Shown here: positions 38,471-48,377 of the stretch, in pieces
Position numbering within the stretch: the stretch's first letter is position 1
Layout of the letters: the number at the start of each line of letters is the position of its first letter
Virus record (IMG/VR): IMGVR_UViG_3300020048_000014
Coordinates: 96,001 to 160,000 of that record
Strand: one strand, 5' to 3'
Length of the DNA: 64,000 bases
Source: a virus
Notes under the pieces: generated by a model
The model's input: only the letters and a program-made list of their open reading frames with translations
Databases searched by the model: none
Told to the model about the DNA's origin: nothing
Translations under genes and position numbers: made by a program

Positions 38471-40273
38471 TCAATCCACTAATCTTCTAGTAATTTTTCC
38501 AGATTTCTCCAACAAGATTAATTCTCCGTCAATTTTATCTTTTACTTCTTTTCTATGAGAAATCAGGTAAACACAAGTATCGTTTTTATCGATTCTATCT
38601 TTAATAACATTCAGAATCAATTCTACTCCAAGTGAATCTAATCCACCATCTAGTGCTTCATCATAAAATTCCACATTAGAACTTACTTGATTAATCTTTC
38701 TTCTCATATCAGAAAAACTAAAGGCACAAGCAAAATCTAATGATTTCTTTTCTGCGCCTGATGCATTCTTATATGAAAATACCTTACCATCTGCTGTAAT
38801 AATTTCCTCAAAATATTCATCAAATTTGACTCGAACATTTAATCCAAGTTCGATAAGATATTTTTCAATTGTATTATTGAGTAGGTCGAGTAATTTCTTG
38901 ACGACGAAGCTTTTGACCCCTTCTTCACCTAAGATAAACTTACATATATCATAATCTGCGAGTTTTTGCTGAATTTCTTGTAAAGTTTTTGATTCTTCTT
39001 CATTTCTATCCTCAGTATCCTCGATGCTGTTGTCAAAAGAATCAAGAGATAGTGATGATGTCTCTATGTCATTCTCAATATCGGTCAAAGAATTGGTTAA
39101 TGTGATCAAAGTTTTGTTTAGATTTTTGACTGCCATTATGTCTTCCTTAATCTGATCCAGTCTTTCCTCAATTTCTTTACTCTTAATAAGTAATTTACTT
39201 TTTTGAACCTTAAATTTATCAAGTTCTTTCTTCGATTCATCTAAATCATTCTGGTATCCTCTAACAATGGATAATAGATCTTCTTTCTTCTTCTCTAAAT
39301 TTTCTACATGCGAGTGTTCGATTTCTTGGAGACATTTATCACACTTTACACCCTCGTTAATATTCGACAACTTCTTAATGTTGTCATTCCAAGCATCAAT
39401 CTGAAATCCTTTATGGGATATCCAGAACTGTAAGTCTGATAGCTTCTGTTCAATATCTTCCGTTGCTTTCTCTACCTTGGAAAGATCGCTTTCTAATTTA
39501 GATGTGTCTTCTATGGATATATCTCCAATTTCAGATTGGATGGTATCTATTTGTGACACCAAATCATCCTTCCTCTTTTGTAGAACAGCATCTCTTTCAT
39601 CAATCTGTTTCCTGATGATCTCTTTCTGCTCGATTAAAGACTTTAAACTCTTCTCAATTTCAGATACCTTCGCTGCCGATACATCCTTATCCTTTTTAGC
39701 ATCGGATATCATTTTCTTGAGATCTTTTAACATGATCCCGAAGACATCAATATCGAAAATGCTCTCGATAAAGGATCGTTTATCCTTAGCTTCCATCTCC
39801 ATGAAAGGAATAGTGTCTCGGACAGTCATAATATCACAACATCTGTGAATATTGGCGTTGGTGGAAAGTAGATCGCAGATATACTTATCTGTTTCTTTGA
39901 TACTTGATTTTGTTATATCGACATCTCCTAGGAATAACTCAACCTTAGATGCTTTTTTGACATATCTTTTAATAGTATATGATTTTGTTCCTTGAGTGGT
40001 TTCAACATCAAACTCTAAAACAATAAGACCGTCTTTATTTGTAACATTATTTCTGACAAATTCTGACTTGATTTTATTGATAGTTTCACCAAACAAAGCA
40101 AAGAAGTGTGCATTGGCAATGACGGTTTTACCTACTCCATTTTTGCGGTCAGGGATATCAGAATTCATACCATCAATTTGGTTTAATCCTTTTTTGAATT
40201 CTATTTGAATTATATCATTGCCAACACTCAGGAAATTCTGAATTTTTATAGTTTTATACTTAATTTTTTTCAT
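38471..40273 (-). CDS. gp46: Recombination ATPase Rad50/SbcC-like (T4 gp46)
   Basis: NGVGKT, coiled coil with CDKC hook, ASGAE signature, FYDE, LISH. Confidence 0.95.
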   Translation of the reverse strand: MKKIKYKTIKIQNFLSVGNDIIQIEFKKGLNQIDGMNSDIPDRKNGVGKTVIANAHFFALFGETINKIKSEFVRNNVTNKDGLIVLEFDVETTQGTKSYTIKRYVKKASKVELFLGDVDITKSSIKETDKYICDLLSTNANIHRCCDIMTVRDTIPFMEMEAKDKRSFIESIFDIDVFGIMLKDLKKMISDAKKDKDVSAAKVSEIEKSLKSLIEQKEIIRKQIDERDAVLQKRKDDLVSQIDTIQSEIGDISIEDTSKLESDLSKVEKATEDIEQKLSDLQFWISHKGFQIDAWNDNIKKLSNINEGVKCDKCLQEIEHSHVENLEKKKEDLLSIVRGYQNDLDESKKELDKFKVQKSKLLIKSKEIEERLDQIKEDIMAVKNLNKTLITLTNSLTDIENDIETSSLSLDSFDNSIEDTEDRNEEESKTLQEIQQKLADYDICKFILGEEGVKSFVVKKLLDLLNNTIEKYLIELGLNVRVKFDEYFEEIITADGKVFSYKNASGAEKKSLDFACAFSFSDMRRKINQVSSNVEFYDEALDGGLDSLGVELILNVIKDRIDKNDTCVYLISHRKEVKDKIDGELILLEKSGKITRRLVD

Positions 40274-40646
40274 CGTATGCCTTTTTAACTCTCTGAACAG
40301 TTGAGATACCTTTTCCGGTATGTTTAGCTATTTTGCGAATACTTATATTATCCAATAAACATAAATGTATATCTGGATGTTTTTCCAAGAGATTATCACA
40401 TATTTGCTCTCTTTTCATCGAAATTCCCTTGGGTCTTCCAAGCTTAATTCCATCTCTTTTTAATTTCTCTAAAGATTTTTTTATTAAAATAGAATGATTG
40501 GTAAAATTTAAACCATGTATTAATCCATGGCATTTACCACATAATCTGATTGTTTTTTTACCTCCTAAACTTCTCGGAATAATATGGTGTCTATGTAACT
40601 CAACAATACTTCCACATTCGAAACAATTATCATTTGCATCGTTCAT
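40260..40646 (-). mobile_element. HNH endonuclease fused to a resolvase-type arm/HTH
   Basis: CFEC...HRHHIIP...GG...LCGKCHGLIH, then GIKLGRPKG...SIRKIAKHTGKGISTVQRVKK. Overlaps both gp47 and gp46. Confidence 0.8.
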
Positions 40647-41649
40647 ATAAATCTTTCAAAATTGAGTCCACTCTAATACTTTGGTCATTTTTCAGTTTTA
40701 ATTCTTTAGTAAATTCGTCAAACATATCTGGAATATTGATAGAATCGATCTCCTCAACGTTGTCGATGGTAGACTTTGCCACATTATGCTCGATAATCAA
40801 GCGATAAGGTGAGAACTTCCCAAGATAAGCTTTAAACTTGTCTAATTTTTTGTCATCTACCTCCAAATCAACAACCATCTTGACGAAGTTATTCTTCACA
40901 TCGTCTCCAGTGATTGATTTTATTTTAGATAGATTGAACTTTTTAAACTTTGGAGATACAATGTTTTCAAAAAACTCAAGCTCACCCGTTTCAACATCTA
41001 AAATATGATAACCTTTCGCATTATCAACATCTGCGAAATCCATGGGGAAAGTATTGCCAACATAATGAATCATACCCTCGTTATAAATTCCATCACTTCT
41101 TCGGTGGAAGTGTCCAGAAAATACTCTATTGGTCCTAGATGCTAAGAAATCAATTGGTGATAATCCTTTATCACAGACTTTAAAATTATTCATTTTGAAA
41201 CTGACAATCTCAAAATGCCCAAACATATAGTCATACTCCCCATCTGGGAGTTCATTATTCCAAGGGACGAAAGCAAACTTCTTTCCATAATCTTCGAATT
41301 CTAAGTTATGATCAATAATCGTAATATTAGGATACCCCGCAGCTAATCCCATGCTATGAATATCGGATCTATTCTTGTAAAAGGCATCGTGATTACCGAT
41401 CACGCACAACATATTAAAATCCTTGAATTTATTGAGGATTTCTGATGCTACGTGAAGAGTCTGAACTGATATTTCAGACCGATTATCGAAGAAATCTCCA
41501 AGAAAGAAGATATCTTTGATTTTTTTATCATGTAATTCTTCGACAATCCAATCAGCCCATGTTAAGGCGATCTTATGCCAGTCTTCAGAATTATTGTGAA
41601 TTCCAAGATGAAGATCGGAGAATATTGCTACTTTAGATTTTTTTAACAT
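40630..41649 (-). CDS. gp47: Mre11/SbcD-like nuclease (T4 gp47)
   Basis: SDLHLG, LGDFFD, IGNHD, FGHFE, SGHFH. Confidence 0.95.
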   Translation of the reverse strand: MLKKSKVAIFSDLHLGIHNNSEDWHKIALTWADWIVEELHDKKIKDIFFLGDFFDNRSEISVQTLHVASEILNKFKDFNMLCVIGNHDAFYKNRSDIHSMGLAAGYPNITIIDHNLEFEDYGKKFAFVPWNNELPDGEYDYMFGHFEIVSFKMNNFKVCDKGLSPIDFLASRTNRVFSGHFHRRSDGIYNEGMIHYVGNTFPMDFADVDNAKGYHILDVETGELEFFENIVSPKFKKFNLSKIKSITGDDVKNNFVKMVVDLEVDDKKLDKFKAYLGKFSPYRLIIEHNVAKSTIDNVEEIDSINIPDMFDEFTKELKLKNDQSIRVDSILKDLYERCK

Positions 41650-41950
41650 CTATTTTAATTTCATTTAAATTTTTTCTTTCCGTTTTACATATAGAAAAAA
41701 CACGATCAAGCATCCTATTGGCATTTGCTAATAACTTATATGTTCTAAATTCTTCCAGTAAATCATATAATTTAGACATTCTGATATATTCACCATCGGT
41801 CTTTTCTTCATCTAAACGATTTATAATATCATCAACCGATTTCAAATGTCCCCATTCCAATGAATAAGGAATCCGGGTAAATTGGGATTGATGTTGAATC
41901 CAATATTTAACTCTATCTTTCTCAATGATGAATATCGGTTGTTTACTCAT
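41633..41950 (-). CDS. Hypothetical protein
   Basis: 105-aa ORF in the operon. Confidence 0.6.
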   Translation of the reverse strand: MSKQPIFIIEKDRVKYWIQHQSQFTRIPYSLEWGHLKSVDDIINRLDEEKTDGEYIRMSKLYDLLEEFRTYKLLANANRMLDRVFSICKTERKNLNEIKIDVKKI

Positions 41951-42249
41951 GATATTAATCGATTGTATTCTTCTTTATACTCGTCAGTATACTCTATATC
42001 AAATTCATCAAAATTACAAAACTCTCCATCAATTCTTTCTTCGCCGGGTTCTGAAAAATTTCTTTCATTTGGATTGTCTTCACATACTCTAATACCAACA
42101 AAACAAGCTGCTGGATATACTGAATTTTTAATATCTTGATATTCCTCAACTGTCATTCTACGAGATTTATATTTAGAATCTTGATAAAATGCTTCAGTTC
42201 CTTCTTTAAACCATTCTTCTGGTTTGGATATAAATTTAACGTATTTCAT
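41947..42249 (-). CDS. Hypothetical protein
   Basis: 100-aa ORF with ATGA overlaps. Confidence 0.65.
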   Translation of the reverse strand: MKYVKFISKPEEWFKEGTEAFYQDSKYKSRRMTVEEYQDIKNSVYPAACFVGIRVCEDNPNERNFSEPGEERIDGEFCNFDEFDIEYTDEYKEEYNRLIS

Positions 42250-42707
42250 TCGTAATCTCCATCGTTTTCATCACTATCCATCATCGGCTTAACATAAACA
42301 TGTCCTTGGGTGGAAGGATCGTGCATTGCTTCTTCATACATAATTTGTTTATACTCTTCCAATCCATCATGCTGCTTCTTTTCCTTTTTAATTCTGTTGG
42401 AAAAAGCATTCCAAGCAATCTGGTTGAAGTATGAGAATGGATTGAATTCTGAATCCAATCTGAATTTTTTCGATTCTAATGCGGCATACATTTTAACGAT
42501 TGCATCCCCAACCATGTCTTCGCGCCAACTTTTAGTATAATTCAAAAATCTCCAGTTATAACTAAGACCTTCTGCGATCTTAACCACGTTTTCAGCCAAC
42601 TCATTTGTCATTTTATCACTAGCATAGTATATTGTTAATTGCTCACGAAATAATTTTGAGTTTACATAAAATTTTTCCTTAATAGTTTGCTCCACGATCA
42701 CAGCCAT
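42246..42707 (-). CDS. gp55: Late-transcription sigma factor (T4 gp55-like)
   Basis: YVNSK...KIAEGLSY...FLNYT...EDMVGDA...NPFSYFNQIAWNAFSNRIKKEKKQ. Confidence 0.9.
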   Translation of the reverse strand: MAVIVEQTIKEKFYVNSKLFREQLTIYYASDKMTNELAENVVKIAEGLSYNWRFLNYTKSWREDMVGDAIVKMYAALESKKFRLDSEFNPFSYFNQIAWNAFSNRIKKEKKQHDGLEEYKQIMYEEAMHDPSTQGHVYVKPMMDSDENDGDYE

Positions 42708-44110
42708 ACCTCCGTTTCTTTATATGGTATAATTTGTTCATCGTAAAATTGTTTTCTGTGTTCTATATGTTGCATTGAATACTTAAGGTTATCACAGATA
42801 TCAATCAAAGTCAATTTATTTTTCGAATCGTGTAATCTTAATCCTCGTCCGATAGATTGAATGATTCTAATAAAACTTTTACCACCAGCTAAAAACATGA
42901 TATAATGAATATTTTTAATGTTGATCCCTGTAGAAAATATGGAAGACATTGCAATAGTGATTATATTGTTTTGAAGTTCCATCTTTTTAATAATTTCCCG
43001 TCTTTCTTCAACGGGCATTCCACCATGAACAAAGTATACTTGTTTGCCTTCAATAGAACTTAACAAGTCTAAAGTATCCATACCATGTTCAATATGATTG
43101 ACTAGAATTAATGTATTATTTGTTAATTTGGATGCAATCTTTTTAACTATAATATGTCTTGACTCAGATTTATAAACATATTTTAATTCCTGTTTATAAT
43201 CCATCTTTGGAGGATTATTATGATTCAATTTTACTATCTTTATACAAGCTTCTGTTAAGTATCCAGCATCTCTTAATTCTTTGCTTTGTTTTTCAAAAAT
43301 TATAGGTCCGAATGTTCCGATAATTTTCCACCTGTCTATATCTTCCTTTGGTAAGGTTCCAGTGAACCCATATTTATGATGAGTTTTTATTTTAGATATA
43401 TTCTTAGCCAATTGGCCAGAATTTCTAACTTTATGACACTCATCTTGAATTAATAAATCAACATTTTTAATCCAAGGATGTTTATCGAACGATGCGCAAA
43501 AGTTTTCAGTATTGCAAATAACAATTTGAGTATTCTGTAAAGGATTTTTTCCCGTCCACCCTGAATGGGTGAAAGTGACGCCATATTCAATAAAATCGTT
43601 ATTCAACTGTTCGACAAGTGATAGTCCGGGAACTAGAATCAGGCATTTAAAATTATCAGAACACTGAGTCATTTTGATATTCTCAATTAACGAAGCAGTC
43701 AACATAGACTTGCCTGATCCGGTGCTACTTAGCACCGTGCCACAACCACTCTCTAAGGCATTTGAGACAGCTTCTAGTCCATAGTCTCTATGTTTAAGTT
43801 TAAGCCCGTCAAAAATGGTTTCGACATGAAATCCTATATCAACATTTGAGGTATAATTATCGGTGAATTGATAATCAATTTTATTATCGATCAAATATTG
43901 AATAATCTCTTCCCGTAATCCAAAATCAAACATTCCCGTTTTAGGAATTGCGTATTCCCGATCAGGAATGAAATTATTTCTCGCTTTTTTTCGAAGCAAT
44001 CCAATATTTGGGATTTTGACAGAGAAATGTTTTCGGATTTTTTCTAAAGTGATAGAATCAGTTAATAGTTTTCCCCTACTATAAGACTTATTGTAATCGA
44101 TAATAATCAT
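42698..44110 (-). CDS. uvsW: SF2 DNA helicase (UvsW)
   Basis: STGSGKS, QDECH, GFTGT, STGINIK, QSIGRGLR. Confidence 0.93.
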   Translation of the reverse strand: MIIIDYNKSYSRGKLLTDSITLEKIRKHFSVKIPNIGLLRKKARNNFIPDREYAIPKTGMFDFGLREEIIQYLIDNKIDYQFTDNYTSNVDIGFHVETIFDGLKLKHRDYGLEAVSNALESGCGTVLSSTGSGKSMLTASLIENIKMTQCSDNFKCLILVPGLSLVEQLNNDFIEYGVTFTHSGWTGKNPLQNTQIVICNTENFCASFDKHPWIKNVDLLIQDECHKVRNSGQLAKNISKIKTHHKYGFTGTLPKEDIDRWKIIGTFGPIIFEKQSKELRDAGYLTEACIKIVKLNHNNPPKMDYKQELKYVYKSESRHIIVKKIASKLTNNTLILVNHIEHGMDTLDLLSSIEGKQVYFVHGGMPVEERREIIKKMELQNNIITIAMSSIFSTGINIKNIHYIMFLAGGKSFIRIIQSIGRGLRLHDSKNKLTLIDICDNLKYSMQHIEHRKQFYDEQIIPYKETEVWL

Positions 44111-44169
44111 TAATAATAAAGAGTTATTGATGTGGTTGGCATATTATTTTATCGTTTCAAAATTCATAA

Positions 44170-44586
44170 TTAAAACGATTCGGTCTGTAAGGTATGTGCG
44201 GCTATCAAGTTTTTAATATCCTGTGCGATATACGTATACATTTTCACACTAGCTTCTAGATATTCTACTAGGAATTCACAATCTTTTATTTGTTCATTGA
44301 TGGATTCCAACTCGTCAGAATTATCAATAGCAGTCAACATCGATTTATCTAAATTAACAGGAGATTTAGATCCTGCAATTAATTTATCAATTACTGCTTG
44401 TTTGAGTAATTTTTTTTCTTTTTGAAGTTTAAATAAATCTCTTTTCATATCAAAAAGCCTAGCAACAATCCACTGTTTTCTTCCAATTGCTTGCTTGGTC
44501 TTATCTCCAATATTCATTAGATCGATAGAGCACCATTCAGCAGTGTCTTGCTTAAGACGGTCATATTCTTTTTGATAATCTTTCAT
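44170..44586 (-). CDS. uvsY: Recombination mediator (UvsY-like)
   Basis: 138-aa helical protein directly upstream of uvsW. Pattern ...EFLVEYLE...TYIAQDIKNLI. Confidence 0.65.
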   Translation of the reverse strand: MKDYQKEYDRLKQDTAEWCSIDLMNIGDKTKQAIGRKQWIVARLFDMKRDLFKLQKEKKLLKQAVIDKLIAGSKSPVNLDKSMLTAIDNSDELESINEQIKDCEFLVEYLEASVKMYTYIAQDIKNLIAAHTLQTESF

Positions 44587-44590
44587 ATTT

Positions 44591-44606
44591 TATTTATTAT
44601 TAAATA
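44591..44606. promoter_or_regulatory. Back-to-back divergent TAAATA boxes
   Basis: tattta at 44591-44596 and TAAATA at 44601-44606. Confidence 0.65.
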
Positions 44607-44613
44607 ATAACAT

Positions 44614-44865
44614 ATGAGCTTAAGATTGTCAACATTAGAAGAACAAAAACTCGCAAATCTTTATCAGGAGATTCTTGAGGATATGTCTGCTGGTGAGGGA
44701 GGCATGTTTGGGACTCCACAGGATACCGTAGAAGACCTTGGGGAGCCAAATGGTGACAACTATGCCAAAGGCGTTCTAAGTATCCCTAAGTCGATTTTTG
44801 GAGGTAATATTATGTCAAGAAAAGGTTTAATAAAAAGAAAGACTAAAAAGATTAAAAAGTCATAA
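44614..44865 (+). CDS. Hypothetical protein
   Basis: 83 aa, EEQKLANLYQEILED N-terminus and basic C-tail. Confidence 0.65.
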   Translation: MSLRLSTLEEQKLANLYQEILEDMSAGEGGMFGTPQDTVEDLGEPNGDNYAKGVLSIPKSIFGGNIMSRKGLIKRKTKKIKKS

Positions 44866-44886
44866 TATAATATTATATTATATAAG

Positions 44887-45749
44887 ACCAAAGCCCGCCC
44901 GCTACACCACTATTCGACTCCAGCGTTATAATAAACTTCATCTGTTTCCATATTGCTTATTTTTACGATTTTTGTCTTACCTCTAAAGCCAATCGTTCTG
45001 GTAATTCTAACATTAGGAGAAGCTGTTGGATGTTCTGCCATTTTGGGTTTCATGGTATTTAACACATCTACCATCAATTCTTTTAATTCAGGTTGTTTTA
45101 ACAACCACGACGCAACATAAAAACTCCCCTCATTTACAGAGTAGTTATTACGTTTTAGAATTGACATAGCAGTGTCAGCAAATTGCTTTATTTTGACAAT
45201 AGTCTGTTGATTTGGCTTTATTTTGTTTTGTAAACGGTTTAAAATATTAGATACGTAATCTTTAGTATATGGAGAGGTCGGATATCTATATGCATCATAT
45301 GTAACTTCAGCAGCAATACTGAAAATATCATCCTCGTCAGGTGTACCCGATGAAGTAACAACTTGAATTGTAATTAAAATAGGACTACCACCATATTTTT
45401 CTACAGCTTCTTGAGCTGCGAGTCTTGTTGATCTACCGGCTGTCGAAGCCATATAAACTCCACCTAGAGAAGGCATTGAACCTTTAGAATCCCAACTTTT
45501 TTGTTTAGGGTTAGCATCAAGACCAGTTTTTAAAATTGATCGTAAAAACACAGAAGAGGTACCGTGATACATTAATGTCGTTGGTTGAAGTCTTCTTTCA
45601 AAGAGTGTCTCGACTTTAGAGGAAGTAAAACTTTTGAGAATTTTTTCGACAAGTAAATCAAATTTCATATTGTTATTTATAATAAATAAATTATTGAAAG
45701 AATCCAACTGTTGTTTGAAGGTTAATAACCAAAGCCCGCCCGCTACACC
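44887..45749 (+). repeat. Perfect 22-bp GC-rich direct repeat flanking the ART-like gene
   Basis: accaaagcccgcccgctacacc at 44887-44908 and 45728-45749. Confidence 0.95.
44910..45668 (-). CDS. ADP-ribosyltransferase-fold protein (Tpt1/PARP-like motifs)
   Basis: LMYHGTS...SILKTGL...GGVYMAS...AA...PILITIQV...DED. ATG MKFDLLVE at 45668. Confidence 0.7.
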   Translation of the reverse strand: MKFDLLVEKILKSFTSSKVETLFERRLQPTTLMYHGTSSVFLRSILKTGLDANPKQKSWDSKGSMPSLGGVYMASTAGRSTRLAAQEAVEKYGGSPILITIQVVTSSGTPDEDDIFSIAAEVTYDAYRYPTSPYTKDYVSNILNRLQNKIKPNQQTIVKIKQFADTAMSILKRNNYSVNEGSFYVASWLLKQPELKELMVDVLNTMKPKMAEHPTASPNVRITRTIGFRGKTKIVKISNMETDEVYYNAGVE

Positions 45750-45837
45750 CATTAACTATTTTCGATTATTTGATTATCAATAGGGAATTTGAAAATAATT
45801 TAAAATAATTTCATTTGACAGCTTATTAAGTAATAAT

Positions 45838-46299
45838 ATGAGTGATTGGATAGGAATGCCTGATATTATAGACGAAAACATACACTTTAGTATTATATAT
45901 CGTACAACTAATAATATTACTGGTATGAAATATATTGGTAAGAAACAATTATGGTCAAAATTAACTAGACCTCCATTAAAAGGTACAAAGAGAAAAAGAA
46001 AAATTACTAAATCTAGTGATTATTTGAATTATTATGGTAGTTCTGAACAATTAAAAAAAGATTTAGAATTATATGGTAAAGAAAATTTTACTAGAGAAGT
46101 ATTAGATATAGCATCATGTAAGTGGGAATCAGCAATGTTGGAATTATTGTATCAATTACATAATAATGTATTAAACTCTGATGAATTTCTTAATGGAATT
46201 ATTAATATAAGATTAACCAAATGCCCATTACATTTAAAGGATAAATATAAAAATTTTAAGCTTGACTTTAGTTTTAATAATGATATCATCAATTTATAA
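45838..46299 (+). CDS. GIY-YIG nuclease (catalytic domain only, DenA/Seg-like)
   Basis: IIYRTTNNITGMKYIGKK...YYGSS...ENFTREVL...E...NGII. Confidence 0.85.
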   Translation: MSDWIGMPDIIDENIHFSIIYRTTNNITGMKYIGKKQLWSKLTRPPLKGTKRKRKITKSSDYLNYYGSSEQLKKDLELYGKENFTREVLDIASCKWESAMLELLYQLHNNVLNSDEFLNGIINIRLTKCPLHLKDKYKNFKLDFSFNNDIINL

Positions 46300-46838
46300 T
46301 GAATCATTACGAAATTAGTACTGAAGAAAATTATACAAAAATTATTTTTCATGATGATCATGTAATTTTTACAGATATTGACACTCTTTTTAGAGAAACT
46401 AATATATTTTTTGCTAAAATTTTAAAAGGAATGTTTATAGATGTAACATTTGACTTTTCTCAAAAATATAATAGAACAATTTATAAACATGCTTTCTTAA
46501 AAATTATATGTGAACATATACAATCACAAGAATTAAATTATAAATTATATTTCTATAGTAATAATTTAACTAAGGATAAATTTCGTAATACTTTATTAAA
46601 GAAATTAAAAACTATTTTTGGATTTAAAGTTCTTGAAGATGTTATGGACTTTTCAGAAGTTATTGAAAGGATTGAAAATAATAATTGCGAATTAATTGCA
46701 ATACTTGAGTTATTTTTACAAACAGATACTAAACCAAAAACCTTTAAACATATAAAAAGATATTTAGAAAAAGAAGGATTGAAGGATATGGGGGAACATT
46801 TCAAAGATGTATCATCTAAATTAGCAATACTTGGTTAA
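46299..46838 (+). CDS. Hypothetical protein
   Basis: 179-aa ORF with TAATG coupling. Confidence 0.7.
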   Translation: MNHYEISTEENYTKIIFHDDHVIFTDIDTLFRETNIFFAKILKGMFIDVTFDFSQKYNRTIYKHAFLKIICEHIQSQELNYKLYFYSNNLTKDKFRNTLLKKLKTIFGFKVLEDVMDFSEVIERIENNNCELIAILELFLQTDTKPKTFKHIKRYLEKEGLKDMGEHFKDVSSKLAILG

Positions 46839-46847
46839 ATATTATTC

Positions 46848-47291
46848 ATGAGTAAGTTTTTATCCATATTAGAGCAGTATTCACCTGAAAATACTGGAGA
46901 TCCAAAATGGGAGTTGATTGATTTCCTTAAATCTAAAGGTGTTGCAGTTTCCTTGGTTAAGGGAACTGATATGGTGTATATTGATACAGGCAATAAAACT
47001 ATCGCGTTGACGGTTTCCGACAATGAGGAAGAAGCTGAGAGCATCAATGCAGGGATTGGGACTTATGAAGTGGATAAAGAAGTTGAAAAACTTGGCAATA
47101 CCGCAGCATCCGGTATGAAAGGTCTTGCTGCTAGAGGTCTTGGAACATCTGCCCAAAAAGCTAAACAAGCTATGAAGAAACGTCAGACTCTAGCTGGACA
47201 AGCTGTTAAAACATATGAAGATTCTACAAAAAATTTAGAAAGATCATTACAAAATGCCAGAAGGCAAAATTCTATTCGAGTTAATTACTAA
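46848..47291 (+). CDS. Hypothetical protein, candidate head-internal protein
   Basis: MSKFLSILEQY, with TAAATA 6 nt upstream. Confidence 0.65.
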   Translation: MSKFLSILEQYSPENTGDPKWELIDFLKSKGVAVSLVKGTDMVYIDTGNKTIALTVSDNEEEAESINAGIGTYEVDKEVEKLGNTAASGMKGLAARGLGTSAQKAKQAMKKRQTLAGQAVKTYEDSTKNLERSLQNARRQNSIRVNY

Positions 47292-47294
47292 TAT

Positions 47295-47663
47295 ATGAAA
47301 TCAAAAACTTTAAAATTAATCAACGGTTATTTGAAAATCATCAAAGAACAAGGAGAAATGCCTGATATAAGTCAGGAACAGCCTCCAGCACCCCAAGAAG
47401 ATGCTCAGGCAGCACCAGAGACACCCGAACAAGAAACTATGCCATTGTCATCCGCTGGTGAAGACAAGTATATTTCTGATATGATTGATGCTGCTCTATT
47501 CGAGCCATCTCCTGAACAGGCAAATACTCTATTAAATTTGCAATCTCAAATGCAAATGAAAAAATATACTAATGCCAGAGAAGAAATTCTTCCGAGTGTT
47601 CTTGGTATTATTTCGGCATCTACATCCGGTGGCGATTTACGTAAACAGCTTAATAAAATTTAA
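47295..47663 (+). CDS. Hypothetical protein
   Basis: KLINGYLKIIKEQ followed by a Pro/Glu/Gln-rich linker. Confidence 0.65.
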   Translation: MKSKTLKLINGYLKIIKEQGEMPDISQEQPPAPQEDAQAAPETPEQETMPLSSAGEDKYISDMIDAALFEPSPEQANTLLNLQSQMQMKKYTNAREEILPSVLGIISASTSGGDLRKQLNKI

Positions 47664-47678
47664 TTAATAAATAATAAC

Positions 47679-48377
47679 ATGGCCAAGAAATTTAAAACAC
47701 AGGAGAACAATTTAATCTGGGAAAGTTATTCCACACCAAACGACCAGAGCTATGCCGATTCATATAATGACCAATCCTTCGAAGATGCTGAAGACGTATC
47801 TAATTTGCCTAGTTGGGTAAATGAATTTGATGCTGGAGACTTGCTCGCTGGTGTATATTGGTGGGCGTCTGAAAATCATGGTGGTCAATGGTCTGATGGT
47901 TATAGAGCATTATCTATTGCTGGCAACTCTTATCGTCCCGGAAGAATGGCAAATGGGCCAGAACCAGAATCTGGGGAATCATTTGTATATGACCAAATTG
48001 GAAGCGAAGAAGAAGCCTTGGCCATTGCCGAATACGCGAGTGAACAACTTAATGGCGTAGATGAAGATGCAGAAGCAATTATCTCCCTAGCACCTACGGG
48101 ACCAGTTGAAGCTGAAATGGGAGACGATGACATGTTCGAAGATGACGATGATTTATTTGAAGATGATGATGATGACCTAGATAATGAAATTATTGTCAAG
48201 GCTCTTCGTAAACTAATCAAACGTGCTGATATTCTTCTCAATCATTGTGAAAGTGATAAACTAGATACTTGGATGGTCGCTAAAATTATAAAGGCCGAAG
48301 ATTATATTTCTGATGTTTGGAATGAATTAGATGATGTTGCTGATTTTGCAAATGATGGGCCTAAAGACATATTCTAA
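47679..48377 (+). CDS. Highly acidic hypothetical protein
   Basis: ENNLIWESY N-terminus, Asp runs, and C-terminal LDTWMVAKIIKAEDYI. Confidence 0.7.
   Translation: MAKKFKTQENNLIWESYSTPNDQSYADSYNDQSFEDAEDVSNLPSWVNEFDAGDLLAGVYWWASENHGGQWSDGYRALSIAGNSYRPGRMANGPEPESGESFVYDQIGSEEEALAIAEYASEQLNGVDEDAEAIISLAPTGPVEAEMGDDDMFEDDDDLFEDDDDDLDNEIIVKALRKLIKRADILLNHCESDKLDTWMVAKIIKAEDYISDVWNELDDVADFANDGPKDIF

Noticed and set aside
25935-44110. Introns or inteins in helicase, UvsX, polymerase, gp46 or UvsW
   Set aside because: Lengths and motif spacing are normal, with no splicing motifs or split ORFs.
44887-45749. 22-bp direct repeat as a CRISPR mini-array
   Set aside because: Only two copies, separated by 819 bp containing a full gene, and no cas genes.
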